Virus record (IMG/VR): IMGVR_UViG_3300037264_008423
Coordinates: 124,001 to 188,000 of that record
Strand: one strand, 5' to 3'
Length of the DNA: 64,000 nucleotides
The position numbers and the translations under genes are program-made. Positions 62,103-64,000 of the stretch are shown here, piece by piece. Positions within the stretch are counted from its first letter, which is position 1; the number at the start of each line of letters is the position of its first letter. Below the pieces are notes generated by a model. The model ran no database searches. It was not told the DNA's origin and saw nothing but the letters and a program-made list of their open reading frames with translations.

Positions 62103-62156
62103 AGCAATCGACTGTCTATCGAAAGGTCAGGGGAGCAAAGCCCCTACGCTCCGCCA
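62080..62156 (+). tRNA. tRNA-Asp(GTC)
   Basis: GGAGCGT/ACGCTCC, loop CTGTCTA, G73, CCA; aberrant T-loop AGCAAAG. Confidence 0.85.
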
Positions 62157-62159
62157 TTT

Positions 62160-62268
62160 TTGCTTCCACAGCGCCGCCCCTGAAAGCGGCGACTGTTACG
62201 ATCCAGACAGGACAGATCGAGCCGGTTAAATAGAGTCCTTCTTTAATTGGCGGACAGCATGGAAGCAA
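62160..62268 (+). ncRNA. Four-way-junction RNA candidate with loop-loop pairing
   Basis: TTGCTTCCA/TGGAAGCAA closes three hairpins; loops contain complementary AGGAC/GTCCT. Confidence 0.6.
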
Positions 62269-62284
62269 TTTGTTCTTACGCGGT

Positions 62285-62899
62285 ATGACGAAACAGGAAC
62301 AGCTACAGGCCCTTTCTTACCGCGTGATCCGCTGCCGCCAGTGTCCGCACCTGGTCCTATCCAGGACGCAGACCGTGTTTGGCACCGGTAATCCCGACGC
62401 GGAGTTCATGTTCGTAGGAGAGGCACCCGGCAAAGATGAAGACCGGATCGGCGAGCCGTTTGTTGGCCGCGCCGGGAAATTTTTAACCAGCTTGATCCGC
62501 CTGATGGGATTTACCCGCGATCAGGTTTACATCGCCAACGTGCTCAAGTGCCGCCCGGACGCGGAATCAGGCAATCGCAAGCCGGAAGCGGAGGAGATGG
62601 AAAACTGCCTGCCGTTTTTAAAGGAGCAGATCCAGATCATCCAGCCCAAAGTTTTAATCGCCCTGGGCGCGACCGCCCTGGAGGGCTTGAAGGGCAAAAT
62701 CGCGCCCATCAGCCAAGTGCGCGGCCACATCTATGACTTTCACGGCACGCCCCTGGTGCCCACGTTTCACCCGGCCTACGTGCTGCGCAATTCGGCCACG
62801 GAAGTCCGCAGCCTGGTCTGGCGGGATTGCTGCCGCGCAATGGACTTGGCCGGTTATGACACCCTGGACCGGCGCGAATGGGTGCCGGACATGGCTTAG
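62285..62899 (+). CDS. Uracil-DNA glycosylase family 4
   Basis: CRQC.L, VGEAPG..ED..GEPFVGRAG, ANVLKCRP, PTFHPAY; GTTCT 8 nt upstream. Confidence 0.95.
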   Translation: MTKQEQLQALSYRVIRCRQCPHLVLSRTQTVFGTGNPDAEFMFVGEAPGKDEDRIGEPFVGRAGKFLTSLIRLMGFTRDQVYIANVLKCRPDAESGNRKPEAEEMENCLPFLKEQIQIIQPKVLIALGATALEGLKGKIAPISQVRGHIYDFHGTPLVPTFHPAYVLRNSATEVRSLVWRDCCRAMDLAGYDTLDRREWVPDMA

Positions 62900-64000
62900 G
62901 ATTGAGCGATGAAATTAAGGCTGGCGTAAATGGTTTCCCCAGCGCCAGTGAGCCTTTGCGCGCAGAGCCATAGCTCGTCGCGCCTGCCGCCGATGGACAT
63001 GCCCAGCCCAAAAAAGCCCGTCATTCCAATGTTGGCCAGGCTGGTGCTGGCAATCGCGTAAGCGGCCATAACCTCCGTGCCGCTGACACACGTGTTCGTG
63101 TTGGTCGTCGCGGCGGCATACTCCACGGCGCTGTTCGGGATGGGCACCCAGGAAATCGCGCCTGCGCCGTTGATGGTTGGGTTGACCACCAGGGAGCACC
63201 GCAGCGCGGCGTTGCTGGTGCAGGCGGCGGATAAGCCCGTGGGGCTGACCGTGGCGTGGGTGCCGCTCGTCGTGAGGCGGAGGCCCAGGACCGCGTATAA
63301 ATTCGCGTCGTTGCCGGTGGCAAAAGGATTAGTTCCCCGGCTCACCGCGCGCGGGTAGCCCGTATTGATAATGCCGCCCTCGCTAATGACCGTGGAGCAG
63401 ATGCAGCTCAGCGTGGCCGCCGCCCCCGCGCCGCTGCTGGCGAGTTCGTAGCGCAGCGGCAAATTCGGTGAGGAGGTATAAACGTCGGTGGACTGGTTGG
63501 AGTGGTGCGCGTCATGGACCCGGACCATGTGATGGCCAAGGATAAACCCGAAATGGACCGTGCCCACCCCTAGCCACTCAAAGTCGATAAACATGATTTG
63601 CGCTTTGGACAGATCCAGCGTAATCCCGGAGGGTCCGGTCCCGTCCAGCCGGTCCATGTTCCAATCCGCCTGAGCAAACGTTTCCGCCGCCAAGCCGTTT
63701 TTCCGCAGCACAAAGGCTGGTCCGCTGGCCGTCTGCTCCAATAAAAATCCGTTGAAATCGTCGAAGTAGCCGACACGCCGGGTAATGCCGGTGGAGGCGG
63801 CTCCCATCACGAAGGTCATCATGACCAACTGCGATTTTCCGGGTTGATAATTGAATCGGCGATAGGTCTGCCGGACGCGCGTGCCAGCAGTGCTGGCCGA
63901 GACCCCCAGCAGGACTTTGGCATTGGTCCGATCATGGGTGCTGGAGGTTCCCGTGCCGCTGGTCGGCTGGTCGTCCCACAGGTGGGGCGCGGCGTCCATG
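62896..64000 (-). CDS. Virion structural protein (5' end probably outside the window)
   Basis: RQT.RRFNYQPGKSQL, Q.DWN.DRLDGTGPSG, IDFEWLGVG.V.FG, PNLPLRYE pattern of large-phage structural proteins. Confidence 0.8.
   Translation of the reverse strand, partial: MDAAPHLWDDQPTSGTGTSSTHDRTNAKVLLGVSASTAGTRVRQTYRRFNYQPGKSQLVMMTFVMGAASTGITRRVGYFDDFNGFLLEQTASGPAFVLRKNGLAAETFAQADWNMDRLDGTGPSGITLDLSKAQIMFIDFEWLGVGTVHFGFILGHHMVRVHDAHHSNQSTDVYTSSPNLPLRYELASSGAGAAATLSCICSTVISEGGIINTGYPRAVSRGTNPFATGNDANLYAVLGLRLTTSGTHATVSPTGLSAACTSNAALRCSLVVNPTINGAGAISWVPIPNSAVEYAAATTNTNTCVSGTEVMAAYAIASTSLANIGMTGFFGLGMSIGGRRDELWLCAQRLTGAGETIYASLNFIAQS

Noticed and set aside
1-64000. CRISPR array, rRNA, integrase or transposase
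   Set aside because: No regularly spaced direct repeats or recognisable motifs seen
1-64000. Stop-codon reassignment as in some large phages
   Set aside because: Conserved genes (polA, ligA, helicases, baseplate) are full length in the standard code, all three stops are used, and no suppressor tRNA was seen

Overview
This is a 64-kb segment of a large, probably T4-like/jumbo myovirus genome in the standard genetic code. It is gene-dense, with many ATGA/TAATG overlaps and few recognisable Shine-Dalgarno motifs. A Verrucomicrobiota host is suggested but not shown. From left to right it holds: a virion/tail-fibre region with seven tandem paralogous ~230-aa genes (5.3-10.8 kb); a block of small early hypothetical genes (15-24 kb, including RusA); and a block of probable head-internal proteins sharing a 'LLE-acidic-KD(I/L)' tag (24.7-33 kb, with more members elsewhere). 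Next come an HNH endonuclease, a DinG-like helicase, a gp6-like baseplate wedge, a stand-alone NrdJ C-terminal domain and a nine-gene glycosyltransferase/methyltransferase cluster (39-46 kb). The replication block has an intein-containing DnaB/gp41-like helicase, a UDG-like-domain/PolA fusion and NAD-dependent ligase. A tRNA array (59.7-62.2 kb) carries two PD-(D/E)XK endonucleases and several structured ncRNA candidates, followed by a family-4 UDG. The most notable observations are: (i) a leader-peptide/antiterminator/terminator attenuator in front of the tRNA array; (ii) tRNAs with a co-varied A18/G55 elbow, plus one 8/4-fold tRNA; (iii) the shared putative capsid-targeting/protease-cleavage tag; and (iv) three promoter classes lying directly on start codons (sigma70-like, GTTCT, GTANTTA). 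All calls come from reading the sequence by eye; no searches were run.
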